This document shows, one piece after another, positions 33,470 to 42,247 of a stretch of DNA of 46,663 bases (position 1 is its first letter; each line of letters starts with the position of its first letter). Under the pieces are notes generated by a model. It searched no databases and was not told the DNA's origin. It saw nothing but the letters and a program-made list of their open reading frames with translations. Source of the DNA: a virus (taxonomy: Duplodnaviria; Caudoviricetes); the IMG/VR virus record IMGVR_UViG_3300032274_000545, positions 1 to 46,663 of that record; one strand, 5' to 3'. Made by a program: the position numbers and the translations under genes.

Positions 33470-34862
33470 TAATAGGTTGCTCGTTCTCTTCTACGTCGTC
33501 GGGATCATACCCCAGTACTTCCCGTTTTTCGTTGCGGCTAAGGTTTGTATTAACGTCAATATCTCCCATGAATGAAATCGGCAGATTGTTGCTAATTGCC
33601 AGGTTGACTTCTCCCCAACTTCCGCCCGTCCACTGTGCGGCAATATCCAGGTAGGGGTTAATCACGCGGGATAAAAATAGGTTTTGGCGCGGCTTGATAA
33701 CCGTATTTTGCACGAATTCAGTTTCGTTTTTGAGCTGTTGGTTGGTTCCTAGTTTGCCCTCCGTGGAGTGACCGGATAAACCCATAGTCCACCGGCTGGC
33801 TGTAACAATAGCCTGAGCGGCCAATTGCTGAAGCTCCATGAATTGCCCTTCGTGCTTTTGCTCCAAGGGTACGACATTGGCCTTTAGTTTCTCGTCGCTG
33901 AGAACTTGAATGAAGGTTTTAAATGCGTTACCGGGTTGCGTGAATTTATCTTGTGCTTTTGTCACTAAATCCTTTGCCTCGTCTTGCGACATAGACCCAA
34001 AAAACTGTATAATACTAGAAAACATCATACCGTTTTCCAACTTGTCTACATTGACGCGGGCGATTCTATACTCAACCTCCGCCCAAAATTGTGCGCTAAT
34101 CCATTCCGGCAAGCCCCAGTAAAAGAAGCCCGGCGCATACTGTTTCAAATGAATGGCCGTTCTTTCTGTGCCATCCTCAAATCGTGTCCAGCGCGGGAAA
34201 ATAGAAACCTCGCGGAATCCCTCGGGCATTTGTTCGGGCTTGCTGGTTTCGTGTACCCGCTCCCAATCGTCATAAATACCTATTGTTTCGACAATGCGCG
34301 TCTCTACCGCTTTGCGTATTCCGACCATGTATAAAGGAACATGGTATAAATAACAAAACGACTCACTGCCCACATTCCCGCGCACCAATTCGACAACGCA
34401 ATTACCGAACGCTTCGTACTCGAAAGACATTCGAGCCAAAACGTCAACTAATGTTTCGTCGTACAAATTGACGCGGCTAATAAAAGCGCTTAGTTCTTCC
34501 AGTTCCGGCTCATTCCCTTCGTAGTATTGCCTGTTTTTTGCCGCAACAGTAAGCAGATCGTTTTGCACCCCGGCGTAAGGAATAAACCCGTCCCCGGTTA
34601 TCATATTTACTTTGTCGTTAATGATTCGGCGCAAAGTAGGGGAGTAGTTGCATAGCGCCATTAGGTTTTTGAGAAAGGAACTTTCAAAATTAAAAAAACG
34701 AACCCATTCGGTCGTACCTTCAAGGCGCTGCCGCGTGGGTTCGTTGTATAAGTCCTCTGTTATTATGTCGGTATCATTGCTAGTTATCCAGGCGCTTGCC
34801 AGGACGTCCGGCGTCCGCCTATGTCTCGGTTTTTTTCTTGCGGTTGGTTGCTTTTCTTGCAT
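33429..34862 (-). CDS. Portal protein
   Basis: YSPTLRRII..KV; FGNCVVE; YWGLPEW; LSRNEKREVLGY. Confidence 0.88.
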   Translation of the reverse strand: MQEKQPTARKKPRHRRTPDVLASAWITSNDTDIITEDLYNEPTRQRLEGTTEWVRFFNFESSFLKNLMALCNYSPTLRRIINDKVNMITGDGFIPYAGVQNDLLTVAAKNRQYYEGNEPELEELSAFISRVNLYDETLVDVLARMSFEYEAFGNCVVELVRGNVGSESFCYLYHVPLYMVGIRKAVETRIVETIGIYDDWERVHETSKPEQMPEGFREVSIFPRWTRFEDGTERTAIHLKQYAPGFFYWGLPEWISAQFWAEVEYRIARVNVDKLENGMMFSSIIQFFGSMSQDEAKDLVTKAQDKFTQPGNAFKTFIQVLSDEKLKANVVPLEQKHEGQFMELQQLAAQAIVTASRWTMGLSGHSTEGKLGTNQQLKNETEFVQNTVIKPRQNLFLSRVINPYLDIAAQWTGGSWGEVNLAISNNLPISFMGDIDVNTNLSRNEKREVLGYDPDDVEENEQPIIDPEIQEDGGDSN

Positions 34863-35112
34863 TTGCTTTTAATTTACTCGGTTTCCGTGTTTTTAGCGTT
34901 GTGTTTTCCTGCTCTTCGGGTACTTCCAAAACGCTTACGTACTTCCCGGCTGATGTGGCGTCCATCGCCCACCATGCCGCTAATTGATCCTGGCTAAAAT
35001 CTTTTATTTGGCAGGTTATGCCCTTTCCAGTGAGCGGGCACCCTCCGATAAAAATATGATCCGGCGCAAATACGCCGCCAAGGATGATTTTTTTCAATTC
35101 AAATTTTCGCAT
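34819..35112 (-). CDS. Hypothetical structural-region protein
   Basis: ORF between tail tube and portal. Confidence 0.55.
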   Translation of the reverse strand: MRKFELKKIILGGVFAPDHIFIGGCPLTGKGITCQIKDFSQDQLAAWWAMDATSAGKYVSVLEVPEEQENTTLKTRKPSKLKANARKATNRKKKTET

Positions 35113-35116
35113 CTGC

Positions 35117-35668
35117 TTAGATTAATGCAGCCATTACCGTTGCACCGTCGTACAATTCAATTGCTTTTTCTTTTGCAACGCAACGTAAATTAATTACCTC
35201 TACGTTTGCGTCAGACAAAGCCGCTCCGGTATCGCCTTCAGTCGTTGAAATACGGACGCGCTTTTTGCTGCCCGTTCCAGTATGCCCCCAAACCCAGTAT
35301 GTTCCGGTTTCTTCCATGTGAACCGCGACCATCCCACAGGCTTGGTTAGCTATATCGGTAATCAAATTCCGGTCGGTCATGTTCCGGCATGGCCAAACGC
35401 CCGTAAAGGTTTGCTCCACGCTTACAGCCCTGGTAACTTCATCCACGGTCAACGTCTCCGTAAATTGCGCCGATTCATCGCGGAAATCATAGGCGTAAAA
35501 ATTCACCGCCGTACTCGTCATTACAATTGCCGTAGCTGTGCCGCTTGCGTTCGTTGTTACGCTGCTAACCTCATTCGAGTTAGCCAGGTATAAGTAATCC
35601 GCCCCGGCTCCACCTGCGCAACCGCCTGACGTACACGCTGTAGTTCTTCCTGCGCTTAATGCACTCAT
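35117..35668 (-). CDS. Putative major tail (tube) protein
   Basis: 183 aa; C...GG N-terminus; YWVWG; GDTGAALSD.N pattern seen in Bacteroidota phage structural proteins. Confidence 0.6.
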   Translation of the reverse strand: MSALSAGRTTACTSGGCAGGAGADYLYLANSNEVSSVTTNASGTATAIVMTSTAVNFYAYDFRDESAQFTETLTVDEVTRAVSVEQTFTGVWPCRNMTDRNLITDIANQACGMVAVHMEETGTYWVWGHTGTGSKKRVRISTTEGDTGAALSDANVEVINLRCVAKEKAIELYDGATVMAALI

Positions 35669-35702
35669 TTGTTATTGTTTTGCAGCCTATTGGCCAGGTG
35701 AA

Positions 35703-36710
35703 TTAATAACCCACGCTAATTAGCGACGGGTGAACGTAATTACCGCCGATCTTAAAGCGAGTTTTGGTTTTTACTTTTTCGTCATCTTCATCAAACCAAA
35801 CCGTCAATTCAGAAGCGGTCAACCCCGCCAGTGCGGTATCGGTCGCCAGAATCTTATTCATTGGCGTGGTGTATTCTACGTAATTCGGCGTAGGGGTAGA
35901 AAGATCATTTGTCAGGATTGTGCTCCAGCGCCATTTCGGAACCACCGGAATCCCTCTAAACGTCGCCGTTTGGATACCATTTACAAGCGTTCTGAATCCT
36001 TCGTCGCCTGCGTAAGTGGTATTGGCGCCGTCTTCCAAATCCTGAATGTAGCGCTGATAAACTTCAGGCGTGACATTAATCACTTTCATACTGTGCGGTA
36101 GCGCTTGTAATTCATTCGGCGCATTGTCTACGACATCGCGAATAACCGTAATTCCGTTTCCGGCGGTCAATGGCGTACCTGAGCCAGTGTCTTTGTATGG
36201 GATAAGGTTGTCGGCTACCAAAGCAGGGTAGTGTACCGTCCAAACGCCATCGATCAGATCGTAATCAGGCTCGGAACTTTCCGTATTACCAAAATGGTAG
36301 ATCCTTTCAATGTCCAGGCGGATAGCTTCACGGATTTTTTCGAGCCAAATGTCATACATCAACGTACCGCGTAAGTCGGCGATACGGGCACCGCGCCGTA
36401 AAGTCTCCTCAAAAACGGTATCTTGAAATTCATCAAAACAAATTTCGGTATCTACTTTGGCTTTTTCGACCGTTACAAAGCGTTCATAGGTGCGCAAATT
36501 TCCAACCGGCGTAAATCCGCAGCCTGAATACTTGCGAACAATCTTTTCTAATTTCTCAACAAAGCCAATGCGTTTCTTTGATACTACGTTTGGCATTAGG
36601 CGATAACTCGAAAGCATTTCGTCGTCCATGAAGACTGGATCGAAAATTATTTCGTTTGCGCTATCTCCTACAAATTGCACTCTTCTTTCTCCTAATTTCG
36701 TTGTAGGCAT
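35703..36710 (-). CDS. Major capsid protein
   Basis: 335 aa downstream of the head protease; GCGFTPVG; EICFDEF; FRGIPVV. Confidence 0.8.
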   Translation of the reverse strand: MPTTKLGERRVQFVGDSANEIIFDPVFMDDEMLSSYRLMPNVVSKKRIGFVEKLEKIVRKYSGCGFTPVGNLRTYERFVTVEKAKVDTEICFDEFQDTVFEETLRRGARIADLRGTLMYDIWLEKIREAIRLDIERIYHFGNTESSEPDYDLIDGVWTVHYPALVADNLIPYKDTGSGTPLTAGNGITVIRDVVDNAPNELQALPHSMKVINVTPEVYQRYIQDLEDGANTTYAGDEGFRTLVNGIQTATFRGIPVVPKWRWSTILTNDLSTPTPNYVEYTTPMNKILATDTALAGLTASELTVWFDEDDEKVKTKTRFKIGGNYVHPSLISVGY

Positions 36711-36743
36711 CTTAAAAAAAGTTTTTGCGTTAATTAATTTGGG

Positions 36744-37205
36744 TTAATAATCCAGACTTATCGTAGCGCTGGAATTGGCGTAAATTGCACCGGTGCCAAT
36801 TGTAAAGCGATGCTCTACCCTGGTAGCGCCGGAATTGTTGGAAGTGGTATAAAATACCGTCCAATCATCACCGGGTTCCAAGCTTGATGTATCCACATTA
36901 AGCGGATCTGTTGCCGCGCTGGACTGGAAACCTGAACTGTACGCCTCGTTGCCGTGCATATCTACCACGCGAAATTTCACGTAATCGGTCGCCGTCGTTG
37001 CGCCGGTTCCAGGTGTAAAAGCGACTTGTGCGCCAGCCGTAGAGGCTGCCCACGTAAACGTAATATCGTGTGCATCGCGCAAACGCTCCACGCCATAAAG
37101 TTGAATCCCATTTGAGTTAGAAGCGCCGGGCGTCGATCTCTTGACGCTATTCGCGTCGATATAGTTAGCCGTAGAGGTATAACTATTGTCTATATCTTTA
37201 GCCAT
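36744..37205 (-). CDS. Putative head decoration protein
   Basis: S/T/A/G-rich beta protein between protease and MCP. Confidence 0.5.
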   Translation of the reverse strand: MAKDIDNSYTSTANYIDANSVKRSTPGASNSNGIQLYGVERLRDAHDITFTWAASTAGAQVAFTPGTGATTATDYVKFRVVDMHGNEAYSSGFQSSAATDPLNVDTSSLEPGDDWTVFYTTSNNSGATRVEHRFTIGTGAIYANSSATISLDY

Positions 37206-37239
37206 TTTTTGCTAATTTGTTTGGGTTAGAAAATTGGGT

Positions 37240-38334
37240 TTACCCTGGTCTATGCGCCTTAATAAGCGTAGCCAGATTGTCGAAAAATGGAGCTGCCGAC
37301 TTAGGGACGGTATTTTTGTCCTTTTTACCGTCGTCTTTAGCCGCGCCGCTTGGCGCGCCGGTTGTGCGCTTAACGGAGGCTTTCAATGCGTCCAGTTCGG
37401 CGCGAATAGCTACCAGTTCCGGGCTTTCTTCCGTTGCGGGTTCGGGCGCTTCTTCTTTGGCCACTGTGTAACCGTCTCGCTCCAAAAGTTGAATCATTTC
37501 CTCGGGCGTCATAGTTGCGTCCGTCGTTGCTTCTTCGGGTACTTCTTCCGTTGCCGCCGGGGCTTCTACTTCCTCGGCTGCTGAAACAAATAACTGTCCA
37601 AGCTTCGCAAATAAGTTCTTATTATCTGCCATTTTTGTAGTCTTGTTTGTGTTAGAAAATATTAATGAATCCGCAAGAGCTTGCGGGGTATTACTGTATT
37701 TAGCGAGCGCTTTATTTTGCACCTTCGCGTCGGCTGCGCTCTCCGCTATCTCTACGCTACCCGTCACCTTGTCGATAAGTCCTGCCGCTTTGGCTTCTTC
37801 GGCCGTGTACCACGTTTCGGCGGTCATTAGCGCCTTTACCTGCTTGAGTGTTACGGGGTTTCCATTTCCTTGCATCTTTGCAGCATAGATACCGGCTAGG
37901 TTGTCTGTCATTTTGTCTAAAAAATCAGCCGTGTGCCGCAAATCGTCAGCCTCGCCAACAGTAAAAGTCCAAGGGTTGTGAATCATCAAAAAGGCGTTCT
38001 CTGCCATGTGGACATTATCGGCGGCGAGTAGGACAATAGAAGCGATAGAGGCAACAAATCCTATACCTGTGGCAGTAGACTCCGCGTCATGCGCCCGGAT
38101 TAGATTAGCTATACCGATTCCCTCCATCGCGTTGCCGCCCGGTGAATGGATATTTATACTAAGTTTCTTTTTTTTGTTCTGGCTCAGATTGTACGCCATT
38201 TCACGAACGCCAAAACCCCAGAAATCGTCAATTTCTCCGAATATATCTATAGTCGCCGCCGTGGCTGCCGCCTGGAATCGGTAGCGGTCGCGGCCTGTAG
38301 GTAAGACTGAATTGATATTGTAACTCGCTTGCAT
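37240..38334 (-). CDS. ClpP-type head maturation protease with scaffold-like C-terminus
   Basis: IHSPGG; VASIAS; LMIHNP; ETWYTAEEA. Confidence 0.93.
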   Translation of the reverse strand: MQASYNINSVLPTGRDRYRFQAAATAATIDIFGEIDDFWGFGVREMAYNLSQNKKKKLSINIHSPGGNAMEGIGIANLIRAHDAESTATGIGFVASIASIVLLAADNVHMAENAFLMIHNPWTFTVGEADDLRHTADFLDKMTDNLAGIYAAKMQGNGNPVTLKQVKALMTAETWYTAEEAKAAGLIDKVTGSVEIAESAADAKVQNKALAKYSNTPQALADSLIFSNTNKTTKMADNKNLFAKLGQLFVSAAEEVEAPAATEEVPEEATTDATMTPEEMIQLLERDGYTVAKEEAPEPATEESPELVAIRAELDALKASVKRTTGAPSGAAKDDGKKDKNTVPKSAAPFFDNLATLIKAHRPG

Positions 38335-38339
38335 GTAGG

Positions 38340-38347
38340 CAAATATG
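38340..38347 (-). promoter_or_regulatory. Possible -7 element for a near-leaderless head-gene transcript
   Basis: CATATTTG 5 nt upstream of the ATG; one mismatch to consensus. Confidence 0.35.
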
Positions 38348-38389
38348 CAAGGTTGGGGTTAGGTAAGTGCTATCAAAAATGTTTTTGGG

Positions 38390-38710
38390 TTATAGTTCCC
38401 TTTGCCTTGCCAGCATGCGCCAAATAACCGGTTCGCTTACGCCGGTTTCATCTTCGAGCCTAGCTATCGCTTTTCGCTTACTTTCTTCCTCATATAACGC
38501 CTTTGGGTACAGTTCCAGAACCATGTATTTTGCGGCTGTCCTCTGCTTAATAACCGTCTTTCCAAGCATATATAAAACAAAACCCGACGTTGTAAATACC
38601 TCGTCCTCTCGCTTGCAGTGCATTGCGTATTTGTGAACAAGCGTCTGCGCAAACGTTTTGTTAGTTTCCTCTATCTGCCTATTGTCGTAATATGTTTTTT
38701 TTGCAACCAT
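38390..38710 (-). CDS. Hypothetical protein with C-terminal HTH-like segment
   Basis: AIARLEDETGVSEPVIWRML. Confidence 0.6.
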   Translation of the reverse strand: MVAKKTYYDNRQIEETNKTFAQTLVHKYAMHCKREDEVFTTSGFVLYMLGKTVIKQRTAAKYMVLELYPKALYEEESKRKAIARLEDETGVSEPVIWRMLARQREL

Positions 38711-38943
38711 ATTTTACACATGAAACGTAATTTTGAAACAACCTTTGCGCGGCAGCCACGGCACCCAATGTCTTCGACCTCGCCCCGGCTTAAATGACTG
38801 TTCCAAATTGAAAATAAATATTTCAAATCTTTCTCAGTGGGGGAGGTAGTATGCGAAACCTTATAGACGGTATTCGCTATCTTTTGCCGTTCGACTTGCG
38901 GCACGTTGAGGGAGTGTTTGTATATTAGGTCGTTTGTGTTCAT
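38671..38943 (-). CDS. Small CxxC protein
   Basis: GCRGC. Confidence 0.6.
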   Translation of the reverse strand: MNTNDLIYKHSLNVPQVERQKIANTVYKVSHTTSPTEKDLKYLFSIWNSHLSRGEVEDIGCRGCRAKVVSKLRFMCKIWLQKKHITTIGR

Positions 38944-39439
38944 TACTCAAAATGTTTCTAATAAAAGAATTTGCCTGTTTGCGCAATAATTCGCTTTTCC
39001 TGGGCGGCAGCGTTAATATGTGGTTAAGTCTTGAATGATATTTGCTCAAACCGTTGTATTTAGGCAAATAGCAAGCTATGTGTATGTATTCCGCCGTCTT
39101 TAACACTTGTGTGCTGTATTCAAAAAACGAAATACTATCAAACTCCTTATTTGCTAAATGGCTCTTAATCCTCTTGGTTAAAAATATTGATTCACCGATA
39201 TAGACTATGTGTTTGTTTTTGATTAGAAAATACAGGCTCCCTTTTGGATTAACTATTCTCTCCGTGTGCTCGTAATCATCTAATAAAACAGCGTTCTTTA
39301 AAACTTCGTCTATTCCATAAACCCCTATTTCGTCTACCGTCTTGAGTATTATCCATAAATCACCCCAAAGGGCGCATTCAAATTTATTCCTTACATATTT
39401 TATGTTCGGAACTTTTCCTATTGATGATCCTTTTTTCAT
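38861..39439 (-). CDS. GIY-YIG-like nuclease domain protein (AT-rich insertion)
   Basis: SLYFL...IVYIGES...KRIKSH...AE...I....PKYN. Confidence 0.65.
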   Translation of the reverse strand: MKKGSSIGKVPNIKYVRNKFECALWGDLWIILKTVDEIGVYGIDEVLKNAVLLDDYEHTERIVNPKGSLYFLIKNKHIVYIGESIFLTKRIKSHLANKEFDSISFFEYSTQVLKTAEYIHIACYLPKYNGLSKYHSRLNHILTLPPRKSELLRKQANSFIRNILSNEHKRPNIQTLPQRAASRTAKDSEYRL

Positions 39440-42246
39440 TCAAAAGTTGCTTGCGTCCTTATTGCTTCGCCTTCGCCCAGGTCGTTTGCTACGTCCTCAG
39501 AGACGACGAAAGTTTTGATTCTATCTATCCTGTTGTTTGTCGCTTCAATGCCGTTCTGTAGCTGCTTGATAACCGTCGTTAGTTCCGCATTGCCACCGCC
39601 AACCGCTTGGGGTAGAGTAGGGGCGCTAATAGGTGCGGTAATCGCTCCGCCGCCAGCGAAACCCGGTACACCAATAGCCCGGAAGGTAGACGCGCCGCCG
39701 AGTGCCGCCTGCTGGATGCGATTCAAAACAACCTCCCCGCGCCTGACGGTTGCCAGAACATTGTCGCCGTTGCTTTGAGTGGGAATGTTTTGGCGGTCTG
39801 ATATTCGCCGCCCTGTAATGATCCCGCCCGTTGCAAGCGGTTGCGCGGCTATGATAGCGGTTTGGGCAGCGCCTTGAATACCGGCGATAATGGCCTGAGG
39901 AATAGAGAACGGAACGCCCGGCGGATTTGCAAGCGCACGGGAAACAGATAGCGCCGTCTGGATAATGGATTGAATAATACTTAACCCCTTTTCTTTCTTC
40001 GCCTGCTCTTCGGCTAGTTTTTCCCTCTCGCTATTGCTACGCGCTAAGGCTTCATTTTCGGCGGCTAGTCGTTGCTCTAGCGCTTCGCGTTGCCGTCCCG
40101 ACGAATTACTTATTTGCTCTTCAAGCTCTGCAATACTTTCCTCTTGCTCAGAAATTTGCGCGTCTATCGCTTCGGTTGCTTTTGCGGCGCTGCGCTGTTG
40201 GAAGGCAGATAGTAACGGAGCAATGGTATCTAGCCCGGTTTGCACTTGTTCGCCGATCTTCACCGGATCAAACAGCGCGTCCGGCTTGTCTGAAATCTGT
40301 TTGACGCGCTTAAAAATATCCTGCGCCGTGCTTTCTATATTGCCGCTAAGGATTCTAAAGCCGTCCTCGGTCTTTTCTATTGTTCCCTTAATCAGTTCGT
40401 CGGTTGCGCCAAGTGCGGTTTTAATCGTATTTATCCTTAGCTTTTCAATTACGCCAAGTTGTTGCAACGTGTCCCGGCGCTCGTTTTCTAGCGCTCTTTG
40501 GCGTTCTTTTGCTTGTTTGTCTGCTGCCCGCTTGGCTTCTCTCTCGGAATCGCGCCGCCTCTTATCTCCATCTTTCTTTTCCTGATCGCTTACGCCCTTG
40601 CTCGTGCTTCTCGCAATTTTAGCGCCGACCTCCTCCGCCTGCTTGGCTATTTCATTATCCTTTTCGACTTTCTCTAATCCTTCTAAGTACGCTTTTTTAT
40701 ACGCATCCGCAACGCTGCCCGTCTCCCCAAAAAGCCCAAACCCCGCGCTTAGGTTCTGCCTGAATTGAAAGATTGCCGCGCTAACGCCCGATACTGTAGC
40801 TGGTAATTCGTCAAAGAATTGCAATATATCCGCGCCAATCCCAAACAAAAAGGCTTTGACGTTTGCCGTAAGCTTTGCGAATTCTACGCCAGAATTCCCG
40901 AATTCACCCGCCAATCTTGCCTGAGCTTCGGCCAGTGCCAAATTGGCTTCAAAAAGTTCCTCTTGCTGGCTTTGATATTCGTTTGTTGATTCGGTAACGT
41001 TCTGGGTTTCGCTGTCTATATCGGCTAATAGCTCTAAGTATCTTATTCCGGCATTCTCACCGGGCCCGCCAAAAGTATCGGCAATAACGCGCTGGGTCTG
41101 TTCGGCGGTCAACTCCGTATCTCTTAGCCCTTTTGTTACTCTTGAAAGCGCCTCTGTGGTCGTTATTGAGCCGTCATTGATACTACCAAATAGATTGCTC
41201 GTAAACTCTTCGCCAAACGCATTATTAAGCGCGTCCCTCGTTGCTTTTGTTTGCTCTCTGATCCTTAGCCCGAATTCCTTTACCGCGTCCAGCCCTGTAT
41301 CGCTATATATCCCTTCGGTTTGCGCCTTAATCAGTATCCCGACGAATTCCTCTGCTGTATTACCGGCTTCCCGAAATTGCGCAGGGTATTCTCTAAGCTG
41401 CTGCAAGAAATCACCCTGAGCGTCCGCGCCTTTCCTAAAGCCCGCTTCTGTCAATTCCAGTGCCCGACCTAATGTAATACCGAATTCCTTGCTTAATGTG
41501 TTGGCGGCGTCCGCTATCTGTTTTGCGTCCTCCTGGTAGGTATTGGCTATTGCGCTTACCTGTGCGGTGCTTTGTTCTAATGCCTTTCCTGTTTCGCCTG
41601 TAAAGTTTTGTATCTCCCCTTGCAAGACTCTGAACTCTTCAGTAAACTCACTCAGCGCCTGAACGCCCGCCGCTAATTGGTTGATTAATTCAAAAACAAA
41701 AAAGCTGGTTGCTATCGCTTTGCCTGATAAACTGGCCTGTTCTCCGATTGACTTAATCCCTTCGCTGAAATCGCCTAAAAAGGGGATTGCGTTTTTGAAT
41801 GCGTTTTCATAGTCGCCGACGTTGCGCTGAAACTGTCCCGCACGGGCGTCTATATCTTTTAGCCTGCTGTCAAAAGCCCCTACCGTTTTTTCTAGTGCCT
41901 TAAATTCCTCTGTATTCTCTTTCCCTGCCGCTGCCAAATCCTTCATTCTAGTACGCGCAACGATTAGCTGATTGGATAGCTTTCTATACGCCCCTACGTT
42001 ATCCTCTGCAACTTCAAATTCAGCCTGCCTAGCCTTTACACTAGCTCTAACTTCGGCATTAACTTCCTTTTGCCGCGCCTTCAAGTCAATAAGCTGCTTT
42101 TCCAGTTTAGCGGTCTGCGGTTTCGTTAGCGCCGGATCTTTCAATTGCTTATTAATCGCTTGAATAGCCAGTTTCAAGTCGGTAGCGCTTTCAATCGCCG
42201 CCTCTGTTCCCTCTATGTTGATCGTAAATCCTAGTACCTTAGCCAT
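39436..42246 (-). CDS. Tape measure protein
   Basis: 936 aa helical; QRNVGDY; EYPAQF; DAVKEFGLR; LATGG...GDNV...GEVV. Confidence 0.9.
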   Translation of the reverse strand: MAKVLGFTINIEGTEAAIESATDLKLAIQAINKQLKDPALTKPQTAKLEKQLIDLKARQKEVNAEVRASVKARQAEFEVAEDNVGAYRKLSNQLIVARTRMKDLAAAGKENTEEFKALEKTVGAFDSRLKDIDARAGQFQRNVGDYENAFKNAIPFLGDFSEGIKSIGEQASLSGKAIATSFFVFELINQLAAGVQALSEFTEEFRVLQGEIQNFTGETGKALEQSTAQVSAIANTYQEDAKQIADAANTLSKEFGITLGRALELTEAGFRKGADAQGDFLQQLREYPAQFREAGNTAEEFVGILIKAQTEGIYSDTGLDAVKEFGLRIREQTKATRDALNNAFGEEFTSNLFGSINDGSITTTEALSRVTKGLRDTELTAEQTQRVIADTFGGPGENAGIRYLELLADIDSETQNVTESTNEYQSQQEELFEANLALAEAQARLAGEFGNSGVEFAKLTANVKAFLFGIGADILQFFDELPATVSGVSAAIFQFRQNLSAGFGLFGETGSVADAYKKAYLEGLEKVEKDNEIAKQAEEVGAKIARSTSKGVSDQEKKDGDKRRRDSEREAKRAADKQAKERQRALENERRDTLQQLGVIEKLRINTIKTALGATDELIKGTIEKTEDGFRILSGNIESTAQDIFKRVKQISDKPDALFDPVKIGEQVQTGLDTIAPLLSAFQQRSAAKATEAIDAQISEQEESIAELEEQISNSSGRQREALEQRLAAENEALARSNSEREKLAEEQAKKEKGLSIIQSIIQTALSVSRALANPPGVPFSIPQAIIAGIQGAAQTAIIAAQPLATGGIITGRRISDRQNIPTQSNGDNVLATVRRGEVVLNRIQQAALGGASTFRAIGVPGFAGGGAITAPISAPTLPQAVGGGNAELTTVIKQLQNGIEATNNRIDRIKTFVVSEDVANDLGEGEAIRTQATFE

Positions 42247-42247
42247 G

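Noticed and set aside
40034-40585. Plus-strand ORFs opposite the late genes
   Set aside because: Ser/Leu-rich antisense frames without plausible starts
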